64,000 nucleotides of DNA, from positions 11,426-75,425 of the IMG/VR virus record IMGVR_UViG_3300047494_000263; one strand, written 5' to 3'. The DNA is from a virus. The position numbers and the translations under genes were made by a program. Below the pieces are notes generated by a model. The model saw only the letters and a list, made by a program, of their open reading frames with translations, ran no database searches and was not told the DNA's origin. Below, piece by piece: positions 28,446 through 38,421 of the stretch; the stretch's first letter is position 1; every line of letters begins with the position of its first letter.

Positions 28446-29900
28446 ATGGCTCATGCCCTTGCACCTGAAGTACACGCCAAGCTCCAAGCGTCGCCCCTGA
28501 GCAGCGCGGACCTGCAGTTGCTCCTCGGACAGAGTCAGCCCGTGATGTCTCGCATCCTGTCGGAATTGACGGAGCAAGGGGACATTGTGGCCCTCGGTCG
28601 TTCACGCGCGCGGATTTACGCCGCGACCGATCGAATTCCGGGGCTTTCGGTGGCCGTCCCTACGTACCGAGTCGGCCAGCTGGGCGAGGCCAAACTTTAT
28701 GGTGGGCTGGTTCCGCTTTCATCTGACCGCATGGCCTTTGTCGACCCGCGCGGGAATTTCGAAATTTTCTCGGGGCTACCTTGGTTTTTTCACGACATGC
28801 GTCCCCAAGGATTTCTTGGTCGGCTGTTTACGAGAGCCCATCCAGAACTGTTCGGTTCTGCTGACGGCCAACTCGACATGACCCCGAGGGTGTCGGAATG
28901 GAGCGATCGGGACGTTTTACATGCACTTTCAGTGCGTGGTGAAGATTGCGTCGGTGATCTGATCCTCGGCGAAGAGTCGCTGCGTCGATTCAAAACCAAT
29001 GTGTCGCATCCCCCTTTGGTAGTTGACCCTCAGGCCGCTTATCCGGAAATGGCCATCGCCACGTTACTTCACGGTTCAGCGGGATCGTCGGCGGGTGGAG
29101 AGCAGCCCAAGTTCCTTGCGAGCGTGCGGCGACCAGACGGGCAAGTCGCCCATGTGCTCGTGAAATTCTCGGGCCCGACAGATTCGGCGGTGGATGAACG
29201 AACCCGCGATCTACTGCTCGCCGAGAACCAGGCCCAGATCGCAATCGCCGAGTCTCCATTCGACGTTGTTGCCTCCGCCAGTCGGGTGATTCGCGCCGGC
29301 GGCCGTGTGTTTCTCGAAGTCGACCGTTTCGATCGCATCGGTGAATCGGGTCGCCGCGGGACGTTATCTCTCGGGGTTCTGGACGCACAGTTCTTAGGCC
29401 GCACAGGAAGCTGGTCCTCTCTCGCCGACGGGCTTGAGGAACAGGAATTGATCTCGCCGGCGGATGCCGACCGTATACGGTTTCTCTATTACTTTGGCGA
29501 GTTTATAGGGAACACCGATATGCACCCGTGGAACTTATCGTTCTTTCGACCGCCGGATTTGCAGGCGCGCGTGTTCACATTAGCGCCTGCGTACGACATG
29601 CTCCCCATGACGTACGCGCCCGTTAGCGGTGAAATCGTCGAGCGTGATGACCGCACGTATTGCATGCGGAGCGGATCCGGCAAAGATGTAGATATTCAAC
29701 GGGAAGCCTTGCGCTGTGCACTGCTGTACTGGCAGAACGTTGCAGCTCTTAACGATATTTCTGACTCTTTCAAGACGATCGTCGCGCGCAACCTTAAGAA
29801 TCTCCAGTCGATTCCAAGCAAAGGAGCCAACCAATTCCTCGTTAGCCGGGTTGAGTCAGCCGATCGTCCGCACCATCGACGCTCCCACGGCCTGAAGTGA
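28446..29900 (+). CDS. yjjJ: HipA-family Ser/Thr kinase toxin YjjJ (HipH) with N-terminal HTH
   Basis: GLPWF..DMRPQGFLGR, GSSAGGEQPKF, RFDR.G..GR, GNTDMH..NLSF, LAPAYDMLPM. Confidence 0.9.
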   Translation: MAHALAPEVHAKLQASPLSSADLQLLLGQSQPVMSRILSELTEQGDIVALGRSRARIYAATDRIPGLSVAVPTYRVGQLGEAKLYGGLVPLSSDRMAFVDPRGNFEIFSGLPWFFHDMRPQGFLGRLFTRAHPELFGSADGQLDMTPRVSEWSDRDVLHALSVRGEDCVGDLILGEESLRRFKTNVSHPPLVVDPQAAYPEMAIATLLHGSAGSSAGGEQPKFLASVRRPDGQVAHVLVKFSGPTDSAVDERTRDLLLAENQAQIAIAESPFDVVASASRVIRAGGRVFLEVDRFDRIGESGRRGTLSLGVLDAQFLGRTGSWSSLADGLEEQELISPADADRIRFLYYFGEFIGNTDMHPWNLSFFRPPDLQARVFTLAPAYDMLPMTYAPVSGEIVERDDRTYCMRSGSGKDVDIQREALRCALLYWQNVAALNDISDSFKTIVARNLKNLQSIPSKGANQFLVSRVESADRPHHRRSHGLK

Positions 29901-29972
29901 CGCAGCTGCCTGCGTCCTACGGGAGGCTTGCTTCGGCAGGCTAGGGCGACTCATCGTAGCGCTGCTGACGGC

Positions 29973-30485
29973 TTAATGGGTACGAAAAGAGTTCCATTTG
30001 CTGGTATCGAGTCGCATGCTGGCGTAGACCTCGAAAAGATACATCTCGACGGCATTGGAGATCGGCACAAAGGCGATCGACATTTCCTGGAGCTTCTTCT
30101 GACTCGCTAGAAAAGCGGCGGCGAATTCCTCGTCCAGCATTGCCTGTTCCCGTCGGAACTGGTGAGGGTGCATAGCCTTGGCCATCCGGTAGACCAGTGA
30201 AGCCGAAAAGTGGGAGCGATGATTCAGGTGCTGAATCAGCCGTTTGATGACAGCCCTGGAGATGCCGACATATTCGGGCGTAGTGCCGTCAAAGAAGACA
30301 TAGCATCCGGGGAAGTCCGCGCGGTGCCCGATCTTGGTTAACGCTGCCTTTGTGCAACTCTTGAAACCTACCAAGTCTTTGGCTGCGATTGGCGCCTTCA
30401 TCGATTCCTCGAGTTCAGCAAAGAGTCTCGGCAGCTCAGTCTTGGCGAGGTCGTCGAATGTGAATTGGCAACCGTCGATGGCCAT
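29973..30485 (-). CDS. GIY-YIG family nuclease
   Basis: PGCYVF..EYVGIS..KRL.QH..E...N pattern. Confidence 0.75.
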   Translation of the reverse strand: MAIDGCQFTFDDLAKTELPRLFAELEESMKAPIAAKDLVGFKSCTKAALTKIGHRADFPGCYVFFDGTTPEYVGISRAVIKRLIQHLNHRSHFSASLVYRMAKAMHPHQFRREQAMLDEEFAAAFLASQKKLQEMSIAFVPISNAVEMYLFEVYASMRLDTSKWNSFRTH

Positions 30486-30486
30486 G

Positions 30487-31146
30487 TCACACCTTATCTT
30501 TTTTGTAGGCTAGCTCGAGAGGGGCGATCGCCGCCGCCTGCGCCTCCCGTAGCATGAGCCAGTCAGTGACCCACTGTCCTCCGGCGCCATGAGTGACATC
30601 AATCTTCGGGGACGAGTTCTTGTGCCGTGTATTCACGAGAGGGCGAAGTGTGTGGATAAGCTTCGCCTCGACATCGTCCAGTTTTGCGTCCCCGCTTACT
30701 GCGCCAATCCAGACGACGACCTGTTCAGCGAACCGAAAGCCAGCCTTTAGAATTGGTTCGAGGCTCGCGAAATGATGCAGAAGGTAATTGGTCTTGGGAT
30801 CGTCGTGATCGAGTTCCCACCAAACTTCAGCGGCGCTGGCTAATGTAGGAAGACCAAGCCCTTCAGGCTCGCCAAAGCACTTCGGAATCTTGTAGCGACC
30901 GCCAATGAGCGACATAAAGTGGTCGCGTAGGCGCGTCTGAATGGAGGTGCTCTTGGTGGCTTTCCCAACGTACCAAAGTACGAAGCCTTGATCAGTAGGA
31001 AAGCCCCAGGCGTAGACGCCTTCCTTGCGCATGGTCTTCGATTGGTCCGCGGCTTTACCGCGACCCAGCAGGACAGCTGCAGAAAGGGGCATGAAATCGT
31101 GCCAGTCGACAGTGGCGGTGGGGGTAATTGGCGGCGTTAGCGTCAT
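30487..31146 (-). CDS. GIY-YIG family nuclease
   Basis: EGVYAW..WYVGKA..TRLRDH..VEAKLI..LRPLVN. Confidence 0.75.
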   Translation of the reverse strand: MTLTPPITPTATVDWHDFMPLSAAVLLGRGKAADQSKTMRKEGVYAWGFPTDQGFVLWYVGKATKSTSIQTRLRDHFMSLIGGRYKIPKCFGEPEGLGLPTLASAAEVWWELDHDDPKTNYLLHHFASLEPILKAGFRFAEQVVVWIGAVSGDAKLDDVEAKLIHTLRPLVNTRHKNSSPKIDVTHGAGGQWVTDWLMLREAQAAAIAPLELAYKKDKV

Positions 31147-31457
31147 GGCAGTGAGAGTGGCTCGGGATCGTCGGCGTCGCAGCCCATCCCGAGCCCGAGA
31201 ATGGAGGCGACATGTACGGAGAGTTGTCCAGAGAGGTGTGTCGGGACGTCATCACGGCGGAGAAGATATTTGCCGGGATCACGCACCAAACCGCAGTAGG
31301 TCCGGTCGCCTTCGATACCCAGGGCAATGCATGGTCCAGTATGGCAATCGAGGAACTCGCTCGCCAACGCGCAAGGTTGCTCGGTGCAGCACCAGCCGCA
31401 CTGGTTGCAGGGGGCGGCAAACTTTGGTTTGGCCACCCGGATCGGAATCGAAGCCAA
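31143..31457 (-). CDS. Cys-cluster (Zn or Fe-S) protein, YkgJ-like
   Basis: KP...PCNQCGWCC..PC..GPC.AL..CGLV..GMGCDA. Confidence 0.7.
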   Translation of the reverse strand: MASIPIRVAKPKFAAPCNQCGWCCTEQPCALASEFLDCHTGPCIALGIEGDRTYCGLVRDPGKYLLRRDDVPTHLSGQLSVHVASILGLGMGCDADDPEPLSLP

Positions 31458-31461
31458 CGGT

Positions 31462-32136
31462 CTAGCTGCTCGAGTCTAGGGCCAATCGGATGGTTGCGGC
31501 TGTCTTTGGGCCGACGCCCTTGACGGCGCGTAGCTCGTCCTCAGACGCCGCGAAGATCGCGCGGACGGATCCAAAGTGACCGAGCAGGGCTTTCGCGGTG
31601 CTCGCCCCGCAACCTGGTAGGCCTTCGACGATGTAGCGAGCTGCTGATGGCCCGGATTTGGGCTTCGGCGAAGCCCGCAGCGGCAACTCGTACCCAAGAC
31701 CGTGTGTCGCATGGATGGCCATGCGCCAGATCAGATGCGGCGTTCTTGCCACGCTGGGTGACCACATCAGGTCGACGGCAGACAGAAGCGAGATGTAGGA
31801 CAGAGCGCCGTCGATGGCTTCCGGGGTGATCGCGCTGCGGGTCTTGTACGGATCGCCCTCGATGAGAACGATGCTGTGCCTGTATTCGATCTGCATGCGC
31901 GCCATCTGCTCGAACAGATGTCCACTCATGACGCTATTGACGAAGTCGGTCGCTTCTTTACGCTCGATCGCCACACCCTCGGCAATCACATAGTCACCGC
32001 TTGGAAGCTGTGCCTGGGTGGCTGTGACGCCAGGGAACTTCTGTAACGCTGCCAGCGTGCCGGCGCGCAGCTCCTGGCTGTCAACCGTGATGGTGACGGG
32101 CTTGACGCTGCTCTGCGCGCTGTCTTCTGCAGCCAT
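31462..32136 (-). CDS. ERCC4/XPF-type structure-specific endonuclease with tandem HhH
   Basis: VDSQE, GDY, ERKEATDF..S..G.LFEQ, LIEG; HhH2 LPGCG..FGSV..VKGVGPKTA. Confidence 0.9.
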   Translation of the reverse strand: MAAEDSAQSSVKPVTITVDSQELRAGTLAALQKFPGVTATQAQLPSGDYVIAEGVAIERKEATDFVNSVMSGHLFEQMARMQIEYRHSIVLIEGDPYKTRSAITPEAIDGALSYISLLSAVDLMWSPSVARTPHLIWRMAIHATHGLGYELPLRASPKPKSGPSAARYIVEGLPGCGASTAKALLGHFGSVRAIFAASEDELRAVKGVGPKTAATIRLALDSSS

Positions 32137-32223
32137 AGGATCCTCGGGATTGGCGCGCCCGCCAAGTTGCAGGCCGATGCAATCTACCAGTTCCGGCCGA
32201 AAAGTGACAAGCGAAGGCAACTC

Positions 32224-32257
32224 GCGTGGACGAATTCGAAGAAAGGGCTATCTTTTT
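32224..32257 (+). promoter_or_regulatory. recurrent promoter motif copy
   Basis: GCGTGGA-N17-CTATCTTTTT, 37 nt before ATG 32285. Confidence 0.55.
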
Positions 32258-32284
32258 CTGAGACCTAAGACTACGAAACGAGCC

Positions 32285-35200
32285 ATGAATAATCTTGTGA
32301 ACCCGAGCACGCTGCCCAGCGACGACGCCCCGGGTTTTGAGCGCATCGCGCACACCAACGTCGTTGAACCTGGCCAGTATTGGAAATGTGTCACCACGCC
32401 TGACATACCAAAGGGGGTGAAGCACCATTTCGAGGAAGGTTCAGTCCATCTCCTGACGGATATTCGCTTCTTCGATGGCAAGCTCCATGCGGTGGAGTTG
32501 CTCGACGATCCGGCCTGCGGCAAGGATCAGAGCGTTATTACTGTGACGATGCTCATGGAATCGTTCGAGTTGGTTTCAATCGAACAGGCGCAGGCCCGCC
32601 GCCAGGAACAGCTTAAGGAGATTCAAACCCGTGTGGACGACATCCAGACCGAAATGAGGGAGGCCGCCATGGACCCCGCTCGCCTCGCCGGTGTCGTGGA
32701 AAAGGGTGTGCGTGAATGGGAAGAATCGGTTGCGCGTGAGGCGGAGGCGCGTGCACCGAAGGGAGAGAAGCCCAAGCGCCGCAATAAGGACAATCTTCCT
32801 GCCGTAACCACTAACGGCCGCTTCGATTTGACCGCGGCGGTAGCCAATAAGATTTCATCGACCGACGTCGCCATCTTTGCGCACCAGGCTCAAAAGCAGG
32901 GGAGGATCGCCGAGATCCGCGCCAATTGGTTGAAGAACAAGATGGAAGACATGGCCCGGGTCATGAAACTCATGACGCCGTTCTATGCAGAGCACGCTGC
33001 TCTTGGGATCGCTCGCGCTCACGAAGCCATGCATACGGCCAAGGAGATTGAAAAAGGACTGCGATCGCTGCGTCTTTACACCGGCGAATCCGTGACGGTC
33101 GTTCCGATCGCCACGGGTAAGAGCGCGCCATCAACCGAACCGCTGACGATTTTCCAACGTAAGTTGTTCGTGAACGAAGAGTTGGCTGTGTTCGCTCGAG
33201 TGGGGGCTGACTTTGATATCGAGAACATCGGGGAATTCAAGGACGTCCTGGCACAGAACACAGATCTGCAGCAACAGATTCTGCCCGCGCAGCGTGGCGT
33301 GGTGGCCCTTGCGATGCGCCGCGATGACGCGAAGTACGACAGCAAGTCATTGGCCGAGATGATCGATGCACACGACAAAAACGAACTGAACAAGCGCGTT
33401 TTTCTGTTGGTGCGGAATGGCGAGAATTTCAGCCTGGTCTACTCGGGCGAGCCTTCACACGAATTGGCGGAGCGGCTTTTCCCGACGCGTAATGAAATCG
33501 AAGGTGTCTTCGATGGCGTCGACGGCGACACCATCAACTTCAACGATCTCCGATTTTCGAGGCGCGCGTCGGCCTACGACGATAAGTCGCTGGCGTACAA
33601 GCGCTTCTTGATCCTCTTGGCCGGGCTTGCCCATCGCAAGAAACTCTTCGGCGACTTCTACCCGGCCAGTGAGGAGATGAATTTCATCTCGAGAGGTTTT
33701 CAGCGCAAGTACATGCGCTTTGTCTCAGACGATGATGGTGATGTCATGCTGGGCGACACCGTTGGCGACGTCTTGAAGCTCATCGAACACAATCAAACCC
33801 AGTTGGCGGCCGGCTGCCGCGTGATCGTCTTTTGCGACGAGGCGCTTTATCAGCAAGACGCTGTGCCTGGGGTGTGGGACAAGGGGTACCGAGGTAGCGA
33901 TGGACGGCGTTATTACAGAAAGCTTTGCGAGGCGCATTCGCCGGTCGTGATACAGACAGTCAAGCTGAGCAAAGGTGATCTGGTGGTCGAGATACCGGTG
34001 CGCCGTGACACTCAACGTGGTCGACGCTCCCAACGGCTTGTGCGTCCGGACTTCAATGCCCGCCTAGCGCTCAACAAGTTGCAGACTGGTGGCGATTGGG
34101 GGCTCTGCTACCTGGTGATCGACGATCTCGAAGTCGAATCGCTGCGGCCATTCATCTTCAATCGGCGCTCGCGAGCGCATCAGATCAGCTACATCCACGG
34201 TTTCAAGCAGGCGTTGGCCGCGCTCGGTCCTGAGGAGGCAGCGAACAAGCCAACTCGAGCAATGATTCAAGAGAGGTTGGTCACACATTACAACCTGAAC
34301 GCAGAGCAGGCTCGTATTGCCGCAACCTCTGCCATTCAGACATGGCGCCTCAAGAATCCCGAAGACGGGATGCTTCCTGAGTTGGGAAGCCCTTTGTTTC
34401 CATCGCTGGATTTGGAGCTTGCTGAGGCTGCACATGCATTTTCGAACGCCCTGCATAAGGTGCTGGCCAGTGTCGAAGCGGTCGGCGGCGTCCCTTACCG
34501 TGTTTCGCGCGGCAAGCGCGGAGCCTTGATTGCCTACTACGAGCCGCCGCTCGCTGAGCGAGATTTGAGGTTCGTGGACTGGAGAATGTCCGGCCGCCGG
34601 ATATTCAACTCCTCTGGTGTGCCATCCAAGACCGCAGCTGAAAGTGTCTGGGTCGAGCGTGGCTCTGCCATGGGGGAGACCACGATATGGAGCCAGCCCA
34701 GCACATTCGAGCAGGCTCAAGGGTCCGCGCGCGAAATGCATAGGCGCGGGGCATTCGTGAACGGCGGCTATTACGAGGAGGCCATGGCGCCAGGGGAGTC
34801 CCCTATCGCCGGTGTGCAGACGCGGCTGGATCTGGTGTCGGAGCTGGCCGAATATCTTTCGGACGCCTTCAAGGGAGAGCGCCAGGGGGTGAGCGATCGC
34901 ATGTGGACGCTGACGGCCGACTTCCTGGGGCGGCACCACAGAGGCAACTCGGCGGTCGGGCGGCTGAAACGGACCTATCTGCTACCTTTGGCGGCGGATA
35001 CCGATGGTGTCAGCGTGATTGGCATCCACGTGTGCCTAGCGGACTTGTTTTACTACTACGCATCGGACGCTCAGCGCGCGGTGTTGCTCGCGGCGCTGCG
35101 GGCTGACGCATCCAAAAGCGAAGATGAAGACGATCTGATGGAGGAGCTGGGGAAGCATCTGGAACTGAGGCCCGCGCTGAACTCAGTGCGCAACCCGATC

Positions 35201-35452
35201 TGGGTTGGTCCCTTGCAACTGGATCCGTCCTGCTTCGGCTACGGCTCGAATCTACCAACGCTTAAGTCGGGTGAGAACCGGCTCAATCGCAGTTTTGAGC
35301 AGTTCTTTGCATCGGTGAATCCACGTCAGGACGGCCCGTTCATTCGAGATACCTTCACCGAGCCGCGGACGTTCTGGATACCGGGCACGCTACGTGACAA
35401 GGATGGCAATATCTCGATTTCGAGGCTCTTTCCCGGGCTGCCAACAGCGTAG
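32285..35452 (+). CDS. large hypothetical protein (about 1055 aa) with N-terminal coiled coil
   Basis: Long ORF; coiled coil then LRLYTGE.V..EPL.IFQRKLF.NEEL block. Confidence 0.8.
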   Translation: MNNLVNPSTLPSDDAPGFERIAHTNVVEPGQYWKCVTTPDIPKGVKHHFEEGSVHLLTDIRFFDGKLHAVELLDDPACGKDQSVITVTMLMESFELVSIEQAQARRQEQLKEIQTRVDDIQTEMREAAMDPARLAGVVEKGVREWEESVAREAEARAPKGEKPKRRNKDNLPAVTTNGRFDLTAAVANKISSTDVAIFAHQAQKQGRIAEIRANWLKNKMEDMARVMKLMTPFYAEHAALGIARAHEAMHTAKEIEKGLRSLRLYTGESVTVVPIATGKSAPSTEPLTIFQRKLFVNEELAVFARVGADFDIENIGEFKDVLAQNTDLQQQILPAQRGVVALAMRRDDAKYDSKSLAEMIDAHDKNELNKRVFLLVRNGENFSLVYSGEPSHELAERLFPTRNEIEGVFDGVDGDTINFNDLRFSRRASAYDDKSLAYKRFLILLAGLAHRKKLFGDFYPASEEMNFISRGFQRKYMRFVSDDDGDVMLGDTVGDVLKLIEHNQTQLAAGCRVIVFCDEALYQQDAVPGVWDKGYRGSDGRRYYRKLCEAHSPVVIQTVKLSKGDLVVEIPVRRDTQRGRRSQRLVRPDFNARLALNKLQTGGDWGLCYLVIDDLEVESLRPFIFNRRSRAHQISYIHGFKQALAALGPEEAANKPTRAMIQERLVTHYNLNAEQARIAATSAIQTWRLKNPEDGMLPELGSPLFPSLDLELAEAAHAFSNALHKVLASVEAVGGVPYRVSRGKRGALIAYYEPPLAERDLRFVDWRMSGRRIFNSSGVPSKTAAESVWVERGSAMGETTIWSQPSTFEQAQGSAREMHRRGAFVNGGYYEEAMAPGESPIAGVQTRLDLVSELAEYLSDAFKGERQGVSDRMWTLTADFLGRHHRGNSAVGRLKRTYLLPLAADTDGVSVIGIHVCLADLFYYYASDAQRAVLLAALRADASKSEDEDDLMEELGKHLELRPALNSVRNPIWVGPLQLDPSCFGYGSNLPTLKSGENRLNRSFEQFFASVNPRQDGPFIRDTFTEPRTFWIPGTLRDKDGNISISRLFPGLPTA

Positions 35453-35484
35453 GGCGCTAATGGCTGTCTCTGGACTGTGCTCGT

Positions 35485-35519
35485 AGCTGGAAGAGATAGC
35501 CTGTGTTGCATATGCTTTT
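35485..35519 (+). promoter_or_regulatory. recurrent promoter motif copy
   Basis: AGCTGGA-N18-ATATGCTTTT before ATG 35545. Confidence 0.45.
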
Positions 35520-35544
35520 CTGATCGAGTGTAACGAGAGGTCGC

Positions 35545-35772
35545 ATGAAGCGCAAATTCACAGGCTGGTTCATTTCGGGAGACAAGAATCCCCGTAAGGT
35601 AGGCGTCTACCAACAGCGGCGCTACAAGAGCGTCGGGCCTACCATGTACGCCTTCTGGAGTGGCTCAGGCTGGGGGTGCATGTGCTACACGCCAGGCCAT
35701 GCGTACAAGTGGCGTAATACTCGCGCTCGGTATCCATCTGGCATTTTTTGGCGCGGGCTGCTGGCTACTTGA
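35545..35772 (+). CDS. small Trp-rich phage-type protein
   Basis: GAGG RBS; TGWF...P..VGVYQ..AFWSG..W..WRGL. Confidence 0.65.
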   Translation: MKRKFTGWFISGDKNPRKVGVYQQRRYKSVGPTMYAFWSGSGWGCMCYTPGHAYKWRNTRARYPSGIFWRGLLAT

Positions 35773-35816
35773 GTCTGCCGTATCTGTTGGGCGTGATCGA
35801 TGAAAGGAGAACAAAA

Positions 35817-37988
35817 ATGCGATGGGGACAGCGGCGCAAGACTGAGGCTCACGAGAAATCAATGGGCAGCTATGAAATGCATGCGTGGAGGGATGCCTGC
35901 GCGATTGCTTATCAGGCTGTTGAAACATTTGGGGCCGAAGTGGTTCGCAAGACCTATCTGGAAATCGAGAAGGAACCGCTACAAGAATTTGAAGATTCCA
36001 ACACCGACCTGATCGCTGACTTCATCAAGCGTAGTGAAAGCCAGAGAGCGTCCGTGGTCAAGAAACTTCCTGATGACCGCACAAGAATCGGATTTCTTGT
36101 GCTGGCTGTCCTGGGATGTTTGCGAGGGCGTGAAATTCTCGATCTGCGCGACCAGTATCGCTATGCCTTCGCGCCCGGCAGCGGCAACCGGATTACCCTG
36201 GCCCAGATTTATGCCTTCTCGCAGGCTGTCAAGAAGCTCTACGACTATGCGTGGCCTGCGGAGGTCTTCCGCGCAATTGGAGAAAGCGGCGAGGACGACG
36301 ACGGTCCTGACGATGAGGAAGAAGATTTTGACGATGACGCGGCAGACGTCGCGCCAGACCCGCAGGAGCGCGCCGCACCAGCACCCGCACCAGCACCGCG
36401 CAAGGAAAATCAGATCGCCGTCTTCATCGGCGATTCCCCATCCTACATGGTCCTGGAAGATGGGAGGATTGCGCCAAAGCGGGAGGGCGCAAGAGGTACG
36501 CCGTTATGGCGCATGGTGGCGATAAACATCCAAACAAACGGGATGTCGGTTCTGCTTGGTCCTCAACCGACCGATGCACATCTCATTCTTCAGCTCGCTT
36601 CCCTCATCAAACGTGAATCCACCTCGGGGGCGCAGGCAGTCCTCATTTTCACCAAGCCTGAGGCGGCGCTGGCTGAGCGTCTGGACCGGCATATTGGCGA
36701 TCCAGTTCCGGTTACTGCGATCGCAAATGCTGGGTTAGCCAGGAGATCGTTCGCACGATGCTTCGAGGCAGTTCTCGAGGCGTTGCGTCTCGAACTGGAT
36801 CTGATCGGCGAGCCAATGCCAACGCTGAAAGAGCTGGCCGTCACGGATGGGGGCGCCAACTCACCCGCATGGCCGATGTTGACCGGATGGAGCGCAGCTG
36901 ACCCCTCTGAGAGAAGGGACCAACCTCATCTCCGGATCGAGATGGAGGTGACAGTCAAGCGTTTGTGTCTTTTGCGCGGCCGCTGGAAGGGGCCGTTAGA
37001 CACGATCTATCCCGGCATGAACGGATTGACCCGAGAACGCCTGCCCGAGAACTATCTCGCAAAAGAGATCAAGAAACTGGATCGGTATGAGGATAATGGG
37101 CAGCTGACTGCCCTCGGCCATTTGATTCTTGGCACAGCCCGGTTGCTGCGCAAGTGGCATGAGCACGAATCACATGATGACGCGGCTGAAGTCGAAGCAA
37201 GCCTAGGGGAACTAATCATGACGGCTGAGGGCTCCCGTGACCAGCGAGCGGGGGCGGCAGGCGTTTCGTTTCGGCTGCGCGATGTGTGCCCATACGGATC
37301 GATCGATAGCGACTTCATTGAGCGCAGTGTTTTGAGATCGCTGGCCTCAAGTGTCTCTGACAAAGTTTTCTTCGCACACGGCAGCGGGAGGCGTGTTCAA
37401 GCCTACTGGGCGAATGCCGAGGTTGGCGCGGTCGCAAGAGGGGGCGTAGCTGGCGATGTCTCGGGCAGTTTGTTGGGGCTTCCACAGTACAAACGTATTG
37501 CCAAGTTGATCGTCCCTATCTTTGCGAAACGCGGCATAGAGCTGAAACTTTGCTTTGGTCTTCAGAGAGAGGACTGGTTTGCGGACCGGGGTTACATTTT
37601 CAACTGGGCGTCCCGATATGGACGCTGGGACACAGCTGCCTCAAGACTGATTGACGAGGTTCGCAATGAGCGGGACTTCCCAAAAAAGAACTGGGTTCAG
37701 CCTCAGTTGGCAGCTGGCGGAGCCCGTTTTATGCTGATTGCCACCGCGAGTTCTGATGCGATCCTGAAAGGGGTGCCGGCCGCATGGAGCGAGGCGGCGC
37801 CTGTGCTCAATGAGGGAATTAGCGTCGCCTTGAAGGAAGCCCAGATCAATATCGCTTTCGCCGCATCTAAAGAGCTTGAAGACTATGTCGCTCCATATGC
37901 CAAGGGCAGTCATAGACTCAGTTTGATGCTCGGCCACTCGTGGAACATGACAGAGAGTCACGAAAACTATCCAGTAACAAAGCAGTAG
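35817..37988 (+). CDS. hypothetical multidomain protein with acidic/Pro-Ala linker
   Basis: AAGGAG RBS before ATG 35817; long ORF. Confidence 0.7.
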   Translation: MRWGQRRKTEAHEKSMGSYEMHAWRDACAIAYQAVETFGAEVVRKTYLEIEKEPLQEFEDSNTDLIADFIKRSESQRASVVKKLPDDRTRIGFLVLAVLGCLRGREILDLRDQYRYAFAPGSGNRITLAQIYAFSQAVKKLYDYAWPAEVFRAIGESGEDDDGPDDEEEDFDDDAADVAPDPQERAAPAPAPAPRKENQIAVFIGDSPSYMVLEDGRIAPKREGARGTPLWRMVAINIQTNGMSVLLGPQPTDAHLILQLASLIKRESTSGAQAVLIFTKPEAALAERLDRHIGDPVPVTAIANAGLARRSFARCFEAVLEALRLELDLIGEPMPTLKELAVTDGGANSPAWPMLTGWSAADPSERRDQPHLRIEMEVTVKRLCLLRGRWKGPLDTIYPGMNGLTRERLPENYLAKEIKKLDRYEDNGQLTALGHLILGTARLLRKWHEHESHDDAAEVEASLGELIMTAEGSRDQRAGAAGVSFRLRDVCPYGSIDSDFIERSVLRSLASSVSDKVFFAHGSGRRVQAYWANAEVGAVARGGVAGDVSGSLLGLPQYKRIAKLIVPIFAKRGIELKLCFGLQREDWFADRGYIFNWASRYGRWDTAASRLIDEVRNERDFPKKNWVQPQLAAGGARFMLIATASSDAILKGVPAAWSEAAPVLNEGISVALKEAQINIAFAASKELEDYVAPYAKGSHRLSLMLGHSWNMTESHENYPVTKQ

Positions 37989-38027
37989 CGTTGCTTAGCA
38001 GAACCAACCGATGCCGGAGCCACATCA

Positions 38028-38339
38028 ATGAGTTGCAATCGAGAAAACGTCATCTGGAAAGACCGGACCGGAAAGTGGTCCATTGGCTTTTTTGACTTCC
38101 ACCAGAACGGAGATGATCCTGAATGGGATGTGGAATACGACCATTCCAGCTTTAACTTCGCATCGGTCGGCCACGATTCCGCGGAGTCGGCTTACGCGGC
38201 GTGGCGCGGCACCAATCCAGGCGGTTCTGTCATCTGCACCGAACCCACGGCCGAGACGGATAGATACGACGAAATGGCCGCGAAGTATATCGCCGCCGAG
38301 CGCGCCTTACGCGCTTCGTCACGCCGGATGGGAATGTAG
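38028..38339 (+). CDS. hypothetical protein
   Basis: GGAG RBS; 103 aa. Confidence 0.65.
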   Translation: MSCNRENVIWKDRTGKWSIGFFDFHQNGDDPEWDVEYDHSSFNFASVGHDSAESAYAAWRGTNPGGSVICTEPTAETDRYDEMAAKYIAAERALRASSRRMGM

Positions 38340-38367
38340 TTCTGAGCGCGGCGCGCCATCGAATCTC

Positions 38368-38400
38368 GGGTGGACGAAACTTCGTGGCTGGATATCCTTT
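38368..38400 (+). promoter_or_regulatory. recurrent promoter motif copy
   Basis: GGGTGGA-N17-ATATCCTTT before ATG 38422. Confidence 0.55.
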
Positions 38401-38421
38401 CTTCAACGAAAAGGAAATCAC

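Noticed and set aside
32018-32284. N-terminal extension of the 1144-aa ORF
   Set aside because: Overlaps the ERCC4 gene on the opposite strand and spans a promoter motif; ATG 32285 is more plausible
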